A stretch of DNA of 64,000 nucleotides from Deltaproteobacteria bacterium (GTDB taxonomy: Bacteria; Desulfobacterota; Desulfobulbia; Desulfobulbales; SURF-16), in the NCBI GenBank assembly GCA_024277655.1, contig JAJRUT010000056.1, positions 3,683 to 67,682 of the forward strand, given 5' to 3'. The notes below the pieces were generated by a model. The model saw only the letters and a list, made by a program, of their open reading frames with translations, did no database searches and was not told where the DNA came from. Numbering within the stretch: the first letter of the stretch is position 1; each line of letters starts with the position of its first letter. Shown in pieces: positions 1-9,467 of the stretch. The position numbers and the translations under genes are program-made.

Positions 1-582
1 ATGAAACCCCATTGTCTCAACGACCGTGAAGAAGAACTTGATGTCTTTTTCGGTATCATTAACCGCTTTATCGGCTATTTTACCCAGGATTCTATCCGCC
101 ACACCGCTAATGACACCACCAGCGAATATCCATTTGTCCCCATGGATACTAGGCAGGCCTACGATCAGATCAAATTGGCTAAGGGGCTGGTGACCAGCAA
201 GAATCCAACTTTTATAGATGTGGGGTGTGGTATCGGCAATGTCATGCTCATGGCGGAACTTATGGATTTCCAGGTGTATGGTATTGAAAAGGATGCGTAT
301 CCATTTAAGATTGCCCAGAAACTCATGGGCAAAGAGGCGGTGGCCCAGGATGATATCTGGCAATTTGAGCGTTTTGATCAGTTTGATGTGCTCTATTATT
401 TTCGGCCTTTTTCAGAAAAAAACCTCCAGTATAAATTTGAGAAACTGATGGAGGACAGCCTGAAACCTGGTGGTATTCTTATCGCTAACCGCAAGATGAA
501 TATGGATATTGACGAGAATCCTGAATTTAAACGAATTGCTGAAATGTTGCCGGTTTGGCAGAAAAAAGGAGAGGATGGCTGA
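1..582 (+). CDS. class I SAM-dependent methyltransferase (true start uncertain, ORF begins at window edge)
   Basis: 193-aa ORF with AdoMet motif I 'FIDVGCGIGN' and Rossmann-type layout. Confidence 0.7.
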   Translation: MKPHCLNDREEELDVFFGIINRFIGYFTQDSIRHTANDTTSEYPFVPMDTRQAYDQIKLAKGLVTSKNPTFIDVGCGIGNVMLMAELMDFQVYGIEKDAYPFKIAQKLMGKEAVAQDDIWQFERFDQFDVLYYFRPFSEKNLQYKFEKLMEDSLKPGGILIANRKMNMDIDENPEFKRIAEMLPVWQKKGEDG

Positions 583-617
583 GTATAGTTAAGTCTACAA
601 CTCCTTCTCCTAAAAAA

Positions 618-1019
618 ATGTATAAAACTTCATTTACCCTAAAAACGTCCAGCTATCTCGAGCTTGTCGATATCCAACGTCAGGTTGATCAGGCCGTGAG
701 TGACTGCGGTATTATTGATGGTATCTGCCATGTCTATAATCCTCACACTACGGGTGCGATCACCATTAACGAAGGGGCCGATCCCACTGTTCAGACTGAT
801 ATTGTCATGGCTTTGGAGGGTATGATTCCCTTTAGTCTGGATTACCGGCATATGGAGGGCAACTCGCCATCCCATGTGCTGGCATCCCTGTTCGGCACTT
901 CTGAAACAATTTTTGTTGAGAACGGGCAACTACTACTTGGCACCTGGCAGAAGATCTATTTCTGCGAGTTTGATGGGCCACGCACCAGAACGGTGCATGT
1001 ACGGGTGGTGGCTGGTTAG
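618..1019 (+). CDS. yjbQ: YjbQ/UPF0047 family protein (secondary thiamine-phosphate synthase-like)
   Basis: Motifs 'HTTGAITINEGADPTVQTDI', 'SPSHVLASLFG', 'GTWQKIYFCEFDGPRTR'. ATG at 618 preferred over the upstream in-frame ATG at 555, which overlaps the previous gene. Confidence 0.8.
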   Translation: MYKTSFTLKTSSYLELVDIQRQVDQAVSDCGIIDGICHVYNPHTTGAITINEGADPTVQTDIVMALEGMIPFSLDYRHMEGNSPSHVLASLFGTSETIFVENGQLLLGTWQKIYFCEFDGPRTRTVHVRVVAG

Positions 1020-1237
1020 GACAAGGTGCTATAAAGTGATGTGAGCCACTTTCATAACGGAGGTTGGGAGTGGGGGCTTAGGTGGATTGGTGCCTAGTAA
1101 TCTATCATTTGCCATCTTTTTGGCTGACAAGTGGTGTCTTGTTTTTAGACACTTTAGGGTGGGTTGCTTGGCGATGTCGTTCGTGTTCGCCAGTTAAAAC
1201 AGCAAGTTGAGGCTGTTAGCCTAAGCTTTTTTTGCGG

Positions 1238-1253
1238 TGGCACATTCTTGGCA
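1238..1253 (+). promoter_or_regulatory. candidate sigma-54 (-24/-12) promoter
   Basis: TGGCAC-attct-TGGCA has GG and GC at consensus spacing (consensus TGGCAC-N5-TTGCW). It lies about 140 nt upstream of the first small ORF of the metal-efflux cluster. Confidence 0.3.
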
Positions 1254-1393
1254 GGTACGGATAAAAGGTAAAAGGAGTTAGGTGGATAAAATATGAAATA
1301 TCTGACTTATCCTTGCTCTTTAATAAGATTATGATTATGGAACTGGTAGTAATCAGTCTAAAGTTAGAAATTAAAACAGGATGACCGCTCGGC

Positions 1394-1714
1394 ATGAAAA
1401 AAGCAATATCTCTCATACTTATCACCTTGGTGGTAATGGTGTTGCCCGCCCTGTCGGTCGCCAAAACCTATATGCTTAATCATCATGGGGATGTTGCTAC
1501 TGCCAGCTCTGTTGAGCAACATAGCCATGAGCATGAAGATGCGTCACATCATAATGACCATCGCTGTTGTCATGGTCATTTGCAACTTGTTTCCCTTCCC
1601 CACCGTTTTGATCAAGCGTATTATTCTTCTTTGCGCGCCCAGCATACGACTGAGTATCGTTTTGTCGTATTAACGGCCTGTCTCTTCCCTGAGTTTCGCC
1701 CCCCCATCGTCTAA
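1394..1714 (+). CDS. small exported His-rich protein, possible metal-binding accessory of the RND cluster
   Basis: Signal peptide 'MKKAISLILITLVVMVLPALSVA'. The mature part is rich in His ('HHGD','HSHEHEDASHHNDHRCCHGH'). Located directly upstream of czcCBA-like genes. Confidence 0.5.
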   Translation: MKKAISLILITLVVMVLPALSVAKTYMLNHHGDVATASSVEQHSHEHEDASHHNDHRCCHGHLQLVSLPHRFDQAYYSSLRAQHTTEYRFVVLTACLFPEFRPPIV

Positions 1715-1884
1715 AGTCCTCTTTTTCTTTAAGAGGAAATTTTCTCGTTTTATCTGTGCTATCGGTGGCTCTTCCGCCCCCTCGTTCTATTGTTGCGTCT
1801 TGTCCCCTGTAACCATGAGCTTGAAGGGAGAGGGTGTTTCTCGCCGGAATTATTTTTATTTTGCTGTTTCAAAGGGATAATTTT

Positions 1885-2319
1885 ATGAAAATTTTCACAT
1901 TAATCTTATTTTCAATCGTTATCGTAAGCCCCGGCTTCGCTGCTGAGCCGTTTGAGGTTAGGATCCTCAGACCGGCGGACGAGACGCTGCGAATTCAGAG
2001 AGTTACGACTTCGCAGACTCCAACAGGGATTTTGGTCCAGGGTCGCGTTACGGCCAGTAGGGCTCAATATTTACCGGCTGGGCATGTGGATATCGCGGCC
2101 TATTCGCCTGATGGGGTGCTTATTGCGGAGACCACTGCCATGGTGTGTCCCCCCAATTTGAGTCGGCAGGCAAAACGCAAGGGGGGAGTCCGCTTCAGTG
2201 GTGAAGTCGGCGGAATTTTCCCTGCCGAGGTCATAGTCAAACTGGCCTACCACCGTGCCGGTACATGTATGGCTCAGCCTGGCGCAACTGTTCATAAATC
2301 ATTTTTTAAGGATAAGTAG
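1885..2319 (+). CDS. exported hypothetical protein
   Basis: ATG at 1885 gives the signal peptide 'MKIFTLILFSIVIVSPGFAA'. Its stop abuts the start of the next gene (2320). Confidence 0.5.
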   Translation: MKIFTLILFSIVIVSPGFAAEPFEVRILRPADETLRIQRVTTSQTPTGILVQGRVTASRAQYLPAGHVDIAAYSPDGVLIAETTAMVCPPNLSRQAKRKGGVRFSGEVGGIFPAEVIVKLAYHRAGTCMAQPGATVHKSFFKDK

Positions 2320-3552
2320 ATGGCTAAACGTTATTTGAATTATTTTATTATGGGCTGTTTCTGCCTATTAGTGTCTCCGCTGGCAGGTTTGGCAGACTCC
2401 GCTGATTTAAACTGGAAAAATTGGCTCCAGAAGCAGGTGCAGCAGCACCCGGATGTTCTTGCGGCTGGGAAAAGTATGGATGCCGCCTTGGCGCTTGCCG
2501 AGGGTAATCAGCGGCCTTTGTATAACCCTGAGCTTGAAACGGAGTATGAGCGCAATGGTGATGATGATGTTTACTCTGTGGGCATAAGTCAGACCATTGA
2601 CCTGTGGGATAAGCGCGGGGTTCGCACCAATCAGGCCAACTCCATGCGTGTGGTGGCCCAGATGGGTTATAACCTGGCGGTGCAGGAAAAATTCGCTGAG
2701 GCCATGCGGGCAATCGTTGAATATCAGTCGAGTAAAGAGCTTGTTGGCTTTGCGGAAAAGCAGGAGGCCCAGATGAATACCCTGCTTGGTCTTGTGGAGA
2801 AACGACTGCAGGCTGGTGATATGGGCCAGGTGGATATGGAGCTGGCCTTTTTAGGCTTAAGTCAACGTCTTAATGCCACAGCCCAGGCCAGGGCAACTCT
2901 CCGGCAGCTGGAATCTCGTTTGGGGGAATTATTGCCTGACTGGTCTGAGTCGAAAATACAGATACCGGTCTCTTTTTGGGAGATTAAAGGGGTAAACCTC
3001 ACCTCGCAGGAGCTGGAGCGGTTGCCTTTGGTGGCTGGGGCCCGGGCCGAGTATGAAGTCGTTGAGCATCAGGCCAGGCTTGCTAAACTGGCAAGCAAGG
3101 TTGAACCCACCATTGGCATCAGTGCTGGCGAGGATGGCGAGGAAGATGTGGTGGCTCTGAGCTTGTCGGTGCCCCTTAATTTCCGCAATAATTATCAGGC
3201 AGAGGCAACGGCCTCGACCCTTGAGTCGGTATCGGCAAAGCTTCGCTACCGTGCCCTGAAACGGCAGGCGCATTTTGCTGGCAAAGCTAGTCTTAACGCC
3301 TTTGACGAATATCGTCGCTACTATAAGCGTTGGCAGACCCTGATCCGGGGGCGGGGGGAGACAAGTGACAAATTGCTGGCCCAGCAATGGGATAGTGGTG
3401 ATCTCAGTACCACTGAATATCTCCTTGCTCTGGGGCAGATTACCGAGGGCATGGTTGCTGGAATTGAACTTAGGACCCAGTTTCATCTGGCCTGTGTCGA
3501 CTGGTTGTTTATCTCTGGACAGCTCGGCGTGAGTGCTGAAGACGTAAAATGA
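2320..3552 (+). CDS. TolC-family outer membrane efflux protein (CzcC-like)
   Basis: 410 aa with a signal peptide and two coiled-coil/beta repeats typical of OEP family proteins. First gene of a C-B-A efflux triplet. Confidence 0.85.
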   Translation: MAKRYLNYFIMGCFCLLVSPLAGLADSADLNWKNWLQKQVQQHPDVLAAGKSMDAALALAEGNQRPLYNPELETEYERNGDDDVYSVGISQTIDLWDKRGVRTNQANSMRVVAQMGYNLAVQEKFAEAMRAIVEYQSSKELVGFAEKQEAQMNTLLGLVEKRLQAGDMGQVDMELAFLGLSQRLNATAQARATLRQLESRLGELLPDWSESKIQIPVSFWEIKGVNLTSQELERLPLVAGARAEYEVVEHQARLAKLASKVEPTIGISAGEDGEEDVVALSLSVPLNFRNNYQAEATASTLESVSAKLRYRALKRQAHFAGKASLNAFDEYRRYYKRWQTLIRGRGETSDKLLAQQWDSGDLSTTEYLLALGQITEGMVAGIELRTQFHLACVDWLFISGQLGVSAEDVK

Positions 3553-3680
3553 ATTTAGCGACTTACATATTGAAAGCTGTTGAGGGAATAAGAAACTGGA
3601 AACATTTTTTTAAACAAGGATTTAAGGCTACCACCAAGGCACTTATCCTATTTAATGGATTAGATTAAGGAATAGGTATT

Positions 3681-4820
3681 ATGAAAGATATTATTAAAAA
3701 ATTTAGCCTTATAGCTCTTCTTCTATGCCTGCCGTTGTCGGCTATGGCAGAAGATGGACATGGCCACGGCCACGGCCATGGCGGAGAAGAGGCGGAAGTT
3801 GAGGCGGAAGAAGAGGGTGGAGTTGAGCTTTCTGCTAGCCAAATCAGTCTTGCCGGGATCAAGGTTGCAACCCTTGACCCTCGGCCCATGACCTTTCAGG
3901 TTTATGCTCCGGGTGAGGTGCTGGCCAACGGTTACACCAGTTATCTGGTTTCGTCTCGGGTTGATTCTGTTGTCCTGCATCGCCACACCAGTCTTGGGGC
4001 CTATGTTGAGGAGGGCCAACCACTGGTAACACTGTTTAGTGATACGGTGGCTGAGGCGCAGGCCGCCTTTCGCATTGCCGATGCGGAGTATAGGCGTGTG
4101 CAGAAAATGGGACGCAAAGCGGTGGGTGAAAAACGCTTTATTCAGGCAAAAAACGATTTTGAGGTGAGCCACGGCAGGTTGCTGGCCTTTGGTTTGTCTG
4201 AGCAAGCGATCAAGGATACCAGCAAAAATAAAACACAAACGGGAGAATATACCCTGACGGCTCTGGCCCAGGGCGTGGTGCTATCCGATGACTTTCGTCA
4301 GGGACAGCGGGTTGAGGCGGGGGATCCGCTGATGGAGCTTGCCTGTGAGAAAGAGCTGTGGATTGAGGCGCGTCTTGCCCCAAGCGCCAAGGTGGTTGTG
4401 CCGGCCGGGACAATGGCTCAGGCAAAAATCGCTGGAGAAACTTTCCCTGCCAAAGTAATTCAGGAGGCACACACCATTGACGAGGTGACAAGGACTCGTA
4501 TTGTTCGTCTTTTGGTGAATAATGAGGAGCATAAACTCCATCCCGGTCAGTACGCCGATGTTTATTTTAGTTTCAGTACCGATGAAGAGGTTCTTGCCGT
4601 ACCGGAGACGGCTCTTATGCGTAGTGCTGATGGTGACTGGGTTGTTTTTGTTGAGGAGGACCCGGGCCATTTCATGCCGCACGAGGTTGATTTGGGTCGC
4701 AGTCTTGGTGCCTTTAGGGAAATAACTGGTGTACCTGCTGGCAGCCGTATTGTCATGGAAGGCGCGTTTTTTGTGGCCTCAGAGATTGCCAAATCAGGAT
4801 TTGATCCCCACGACCATTAA
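3681..4820 (+). CDS. RND efflux periplasmic adaptor (membrane fusion protein, CzcB-like) with His-Gly N-terminal tract
   Basis: Signal peptide, then 'EDGHGHGHGHGGEEAEVEAEEEGG'. Lipoyl/beta-barrel MFP layout, sited between OMF and RND pump genes. Confidence 0.9.
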   Translation: MKDIIKKFSLIALLLCLPLSAMAEDGHGHGHGHGGEEAEVEAEEEGGVELSASQISLAGIKVATLDPRPMTFQVYAPGEVLANGYTSYLVSSRVDSVVLHRHTSLGAYVEEGQPLVTLFSDTVAEAQAAFRIADAEYRRVQKMGRKAVGEKRFIQAKNDFEVSHGRLLAFGLSEQAIKDTSKNKTQTGEYTLTALAQGVVLSDDFRQGQRVEAGDPLMELACEKELWIEARLAPSAKVVVPAGTMAQAKIAGETFPAKVIQEAHTIDEVTRTRIVRLLVNNEEHKLHPGQYADVYFSFSTDEEVLAVPETALMRSADGDWVVFVEEDPGHFMPHEVDLGRSLGAFREITGVPAGSRIVMEGAFFVASEIAKSGFDPHDH

Positions 4821-4842
4821 TCAGCCCAAGGAGTGACTTGTT

Positions 4843-7800
4843 ATGTTAAATCGCATTATTGATTGGGCTGTAGTGAACCGTTTATTGGTTCTTATTGCCC
4901 TGGTGACCCTAATTGCGTCATCAGTTTTTATTATTCCGAATTTAAATCTGGATGCCTTTCCGGATGTAACGAACGTCCAGGTGTCGATTAATACTGAGGC
5001 CCCCGGCCTTGCCGCCGAGGAGGTGGAACAACTCATCACCTTTCCCATTGAGGCGGTGATGTATGCCCTGCCGGATGTGGAGGAGGTTCGCTCTATTTCC
5101 AAGACAGGTTTGTCCGGGATCACAGTGGTATTTAAGGAGGGGACGGATATTTATTTTGCCAGGCAACTGGTCTTTGAACGGTTGCAGTCGGCCAAGGAGA
5201 TGGTGCCAAATGGGGTTGGAACCCCTGAGATTGGTCCGAACACCTCTGGTTTGGGTCAGGTGTATCAATACCTGCTCCTTGCCGAACCCGACTCCGGGTA
5301 TGATGCCATGTTGTTACGCAGTTTGAACGATTGGGTTGTTAAGCTTCTTCTTATGCCCGTTGACGGGGTGACCGAGGTACTGTCCTTTGGTGGAGAGGTA
5401 CGCCAGTATCAGGTGAACCTCAACCCCTCTCTTCTTTTGGCCTATGGTTTGACCCAGCAGGATGTTGTTGATGCCCTTGAACGCAACAATAACAATGCCG
5501 GTGGCTGGTATATGAACCGAGGTCAAGAACAGCTTGTTATTCGCGGAATGGGCTGGCTTGGTCATGATGAAGAGGGCCTTGAGCAGCTTCAGCAGATCCC
5601 CTTAAAGACTATTGACGGGGTGGTGGTGACGGTTGCCAACGTGGCGGAGGTAGCCTATGGCGGTGAGATTCGCCAGGGTGCTGTAACCATGACTCGGCGC
5701 GATGAAAATGGTCAAGCCGAAGGGTTGGGTGAGGTTGTCTCCGGCATTGTTATGAAACGCATGGGGTCAAACACCAAGGCTACCATTGACGGGATTAACG
5801 AAAGGGTGGAACTCATCAAACAGGCCTTGCCGGAAGGGGTCAGCTTTGAACCTTTTTACGATCAGGCTGATCTGATTTCCAAGGCGGTAAAGACGGTGGT
5901 GGATTCGCTACTTTTGGCCTTTGTTTTTATCATTATTGTCCTTGCCCTCTTTTTGATGAATCTCCGGGCTACCTTTCTGGTGCTGATATCCATTCCGATT
6001 TCAATCGGTATTGCCCTGATGGCCATGGCCTGGTTCGGGCTGTCGGCAAACCTCATGTCCCTTGGCGGTATTGCTGTGGCCATTGGTATGCTGGTTGATG
6101 GCTCGGTGGTGATGGTGGAGAATATATTCAAACATCTATCTCATCCAGATGCTGAACATGAAGAGGTCAAGCAGAAGAGACTTGCTGCCGATGATCCTGA
6201 TCCCCATGATGTGGTCCGTGATACCGGCGGTATTTCTCTGCGCTTGCAGGAGGCCGGAAAAGAGGTGGCGAGACCCATCTTTTTTGCCGGAGCCATTATC
6301 CTGGTGGTGTTTATGCCACTCTTTAGTTTTCAGGGGGTTGAGGCCAAATTATTTCAGCCCATGGCGATATCCATCATGCTTGCCATTGCCGGTGCTGTTC
6401 TTACGGCCCTTATTATTGTCCCTGCCCTTGCGACCTTTTTGTTTAAACGCGGGATTCGTGAGCGGGAAAGTCTGGTTTTAAAGCCGCTCAATTATTTGTA
6501 TAAACACGGTTTGCGCTGGGCTATGGAGCATGCAAAACTGGTTGTAATTATGGCGTTGCTGCTCATTGGTGCAGCCTTTGCACTGGTGCCACAATTGGGG
6601 ACGGAGTTTGTGCCGGAGCTTGAAGAGGGGACAATCAACCTACGGGTGACCCTTGCCCCATCCTCAAGTCTTGAGACATCCCTTACACTCAGTCCCAAAC
6701 TTGAAAAGATGCTCATGGAATTTCCTGAGGTGACCTATGCCCTCAGCAGGATTGGTCGGGCCGAGATAGGCGGTGATCCGGAGCCGGTGAATAATATTGA
6801 AATTTTTATCGGGCTTAAACCTGTTTCCCAGTGGACCAGTGCGACAAATCGCTTTGAACTGCAGGATCTTATGGAGCGCAAACTGGAACAGCATCCGGGT
6901 CTGCTCTTAAACTTTTCACAACCCATTGCCACCAGGGTGGATGAACTCCTGTCCGGGGTAAAGGCGCAGCTTGCCATTAAGCTGGTCGGCCCTGACTTGC
7001 AGATCCTGTCGACAAAGGGGGCGGAAATTCAAAAGGCGGTGCAGACGGTGAAAGGCACTAAGGAGGTGGCCATGGAGCAGATTGCCGGTGAGTCACAGCT
7101 TGTGGTTCAGCCTGATCGCCGCGCCCTCTCCCGTTACGGTCTGTCGGTTGCTGATGTTATGGATATTGTCCGTGATGGCATTGGTGGTGTTGAGGCTGGG
7201 CAGATTATTAATGGTAATGAGCGTTATGATATCTATGTTCGTCTCGGCGAGGAGTACCGCAAGACACCGGAGGCCATTGCCAATCTGATGCTTCTGTCTC
7301 CTTCAGGGGCGCAGGTCAGGCTTGGTGATGTCGCCAAGGTTTCAGTGGAATCTGGCCCACCCCAAATCAGGCGTGATGATGTCCAGCGCCGGGTGGTTAT
7401 TCAGGCCAATGTTCAGGATCGGGATATGGGTTCTGTGGTGGCTGATATCCGCAGTGCCATTGCCAGCCAGGTTAAACTGCCCCCCGGATATTCAGTGAAT
7501 ATTGGTGGCCAGTTTGAAAATCAGCAGCGGGCCCAGAAACGACTGGCCATGGTGGTGCCCATCTCCCTGGCTCTCATCGCCCTCTTGCTCTACTTTGCCT
7601 TTAATTCGGTGGGCCAGGCCATGCTTATTCTGGTGAATGTACCCCTGGCCGTTATTGGTGGTGTGTTTTCCCTGTATCTCTCTGGTCAGTACCTGTCAGT
7701 GCCAAGCTCTGTGGGTTTTATTACCCTATTCGGAGTGGCGGTATTAAACGGAGTTGTTATGGTGGAGTCGATCAATCAGCGGGTGATGGATGGTCTGGCA

Positions 7801-8040
7801 GTTCCTGAGGCGGTGTTCTCCGGGGCTTTTTCCAGGCTACGTCCGGTGCTGATGACCGCCATCACCTCAGGTCTTGGTCTTATCCCCATGCTGATGTCCA
7901 ATGGCGTAGGAGCCGAGATTCAGAAACCGCTGGCCACTGTTATTGTCGGCGGTCTGGTGACGGCAACACTGCTTACCCTCTTTGTTCTGCCAACTCTGTA
8001 TGGCTTCTTTTCAAGGGGCAAGGTGGCTGATATGCGCTAG
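4843..8040 (+). CDS. czcA: CusA/CzcA-family heavy-metal efflux RND transporter
   Basis: 1065 aa with a 12-TM RND architecture. N-terminus 'MLNRIIDWAVVNRLLVLIA...' and 'DAFPDVTNVQV' are typical of the HME-RND family. AGGAG RBS upstream. Confidence 0.95.
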   Translation: MLNRIIDWAVVNRLLVLIALVTLIASSVFIIPNLNLDAFPDVTNVQVSINTEAPGLAAEEVEQLITFPIEAVMYALPDVEEVRSISKTGLSGITVVFKEGTDIYFARQLVFERLQSAKEMVPNGVGTPEIGPNTSGLGQVYQYLLLAEPDSGYDAMLLRSLNDWVVKLLLMPVDGVTEVLSFGGEVRQYQVNLNPSLLLAYGLTQQDVVDALERNNNNAGGWYMNRGQEQLVIRGMGWLGHDEEGLEQLQQIPLKTIDGVVVTVANVAEVAYGGEIRQGAVTMTRRDENGQAEGLGEVVSGIVMKRMGSNTKATIDGINERVELIKQALPEGVSFEPFYDQADLISKAVKTVVDSLLLAFVFIIIVLALFLMNLRATFLVLISIPISIGIALMAMAWFGLSANLMSLGGIAVAIGMLVDGSVVMVENIFKHLSHPDAEHEEVKQKRLAADDPDPHDVVRDTGGISLRLQEAGKEVARPIFFAGAIILVVFMPLFSFQGVEAKLFQPMAISIMLAIAGAVLTALIIVPALATFLFKRGIRERESLVLKPLNYLYKHGLRWAMEHAKLVVIMALLLIGAAFALVPQLGTEFVPELEEGTINLRVTLAPSSSLETSLTLSPKLEKMLMEFPEVTYALSRIGRAEIGGDPEPVNNIEIFIGLKPVSQWTSATNRFELQDLMERKLEQHPGLLLNFSQPIATRVDELLSGVKAQLAIKLVGPDLQILSTKGAEIQKAVQTVKGTKEVAMEQIAGESQLVVQPDRRALSRYGLSVADVMDIVRDGIGGVEAGQIINGNERYDIYVRLGEEYRKTPEAIANLMLLSPSGAQVRLGDVAKVSVESGPPQIRRDDVQRRVVIQANVQDRDMGSVVADIRSAIASQVKLPPGYSVNIGGQFENQQRAQKRLAMVVPISLALIALLLYFAFNSVGQAMLILVNVPLAVIGGVFSLYLSGQYLSVPSSVGFITLFGVAVLNGVVMVESINQRVMDGLAVPEAVFSGAFSRLRPVLMTAITSGLGLIPMLMSNGVGAEIQKPLATVIVGGLVTATLLTLFVLPTLYGFFSRGKVADMR

Positions 8041-8116
8041 GCGCAGAAGGTGTTTTTTGCACCCGGTACTTTTTTTATGGTGCTGGGTGCAAATAAATGG
8101 AACCTTTTAAATAAAC

Positions 8117-8731
8117 ATGACGTTATCCATGGGTATGGAACAGGTTATAAGCATCAGTGAAAATATGAGTTGCGCCACAGAATTTGAGATAATCCTCAAG
8201 CCGTATCTGCACCATTTGTATAAGGTTGCGTTGCGTTTTACGGGTGGTGTAGTTGCCGATAGTGAAGATTTGCTTCAGGAGCTACTGATCAAACTTTATG
8301 GTCGGCGGGATCAGTTGGAAACGATTGAAAAATTACGGCCCTGGTTGGTAAAGGTACTGTACCGGCTCTTTATTGATAAGGTGCGTCGTGAGAATCGTTC
8401 CCCTCTGCATCTTGTGGTTAAACCAGCCGGTGAAGAGCCTGATCCGGTTGAGACTCTGGTCTGTTCTGCGAATGGCCCGGCAGAAAGTCTGGCAAGCCAT
8501 GATCTGAAGAGTAAGCTTATGCTTGCGGTGCAAAGTCTTAATGAGGAACAGCGCACCGTCTGTATTCTGCATGATATGGAGGGGTACACCCTGGTTGAGC
8601 TTGAGGAAATTTTAGAGACACCTCTCGGAACATTGAAGTCACGTTTGCACCGGGCAAGAGCTCGTTTGCGCAAGATTTTACGTTTGCAAGGGGTCACCAG
8701 TAAGAGGGAGGAGCACCATGATGAACTGTAA
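8117..8731 (+). CDS. ECF-type RNA polymerase sigma-70 family factor
   Basis: Region 2 ('DLLQELLIKLY') and region 4 HTH ('EQRTVCILHDMEGYTLVELEEILETPLGTLKSRLHRARARLR'). Confidence 0.85.
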   Translation: MTLSMGMEQVISISENMSCATEFEIILKPYLHHLYKVALRFTGGVVADSEDLLQELLIKLYGRRDQLETIEKLRPWLVKVLYRLFIDKVRRENRSPLHLVVKPAGEEPDPVETLVCSANGPAESLASHDLKSKLMLAVQSLNEEQRTVCILHDMEGYTLVELEEILETPLGTLKSRLHRARARLRKILRLQGVTSKREEHHDEL

Positions 8732-9359
8732 AGAGTGTATCGTTAATCAGGATGATTATCTCGATAATCGACTGCCCCATGACCTCTATGAGGCCATGAC
8801 AAGGCATCTTGCCCAGTGTCCTGAGTGTCAGCTGATGATGCGTGAAAATCGTGAATTGCTCCAGGGGCTCAGGACCCTTGAGTCGCCTCCGCCATCCCCA
8901 GGATTTTTGAAGCTTGCCATGGAGAATGCCGCCCGGGTTGAGCGTCAGCGCCTTCACAGGAAATGGTTTATTCAATATGCAGCTGTCGCAGCCATGGTAT
9001 GTCTGGTGGTTCTTGGTTCGCTGAAGTTTTCACCATGGATGGTAGCCAATACCGGGCAGTCGGCTCCTGGCGTTATTTTGTCGCTACATGAGAGCAAGGA
9101 TGTGATCCTTCTGGTACAGTCAGCAAGGGCTCTGGACAATGCCACTATCACCATTAATCTGCCACCGCAACTGATGCTTGCTAATAATCCGGGTCTGCAT
9201 CAGATTTCCTGGCAGGCCGATATTAAAGAGGGAAAGAACTTGATCCCGTTGCCACTGGTTGCCACTGTTACCGGTTCGGCCCAGATTACGGCCAGAATAG
9301 AGCACGAAAGCCGGGTTAAAACGATGCGTATGCAGGTGGAGATTGTGCCACAGGTGTAA
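8718..9359 (+). CDS. zinc-finger (zf-HC2/ZAS-type) anti-sigma factor, single TM plus periplasmic domain
   Basis: 14-nt overlap with the sigma gene. H-x3-C-x2-C motif 'HLAQCPEC', preceded by 'CKEC', and a central TM 'YAAVAAMVCLVVLGSL'. Confidence 0.7.
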   Translation: MMNCKECIVNQDDYLDNRLPHDLYEAMTRHLAQCPECQLMMRENRELLQGLRTLESPPPSPGFLKLAMENAARVERQRLHRKWFIQYAAVAAMVCLVVLGSLKFSPWMVANTGQSAPGVILSLHESKDVILLVQSARALDNATITINLPPQLMLANNPGLHQISWQADIKEGKNLIPLPLVATVTGSAQITARIEHESRVKTMRMQVEIVPQV

Positions 9360-9467
9360 GGGTGTACAGCAGGACTGTTGTGGAACGTATGCAACTACTT
9401 ATTCTAGTTTGGAGTATCGTACTCCTTGTGGGAATGGTTGTCTTTTAAATTTTTTTGGGATGCTATA

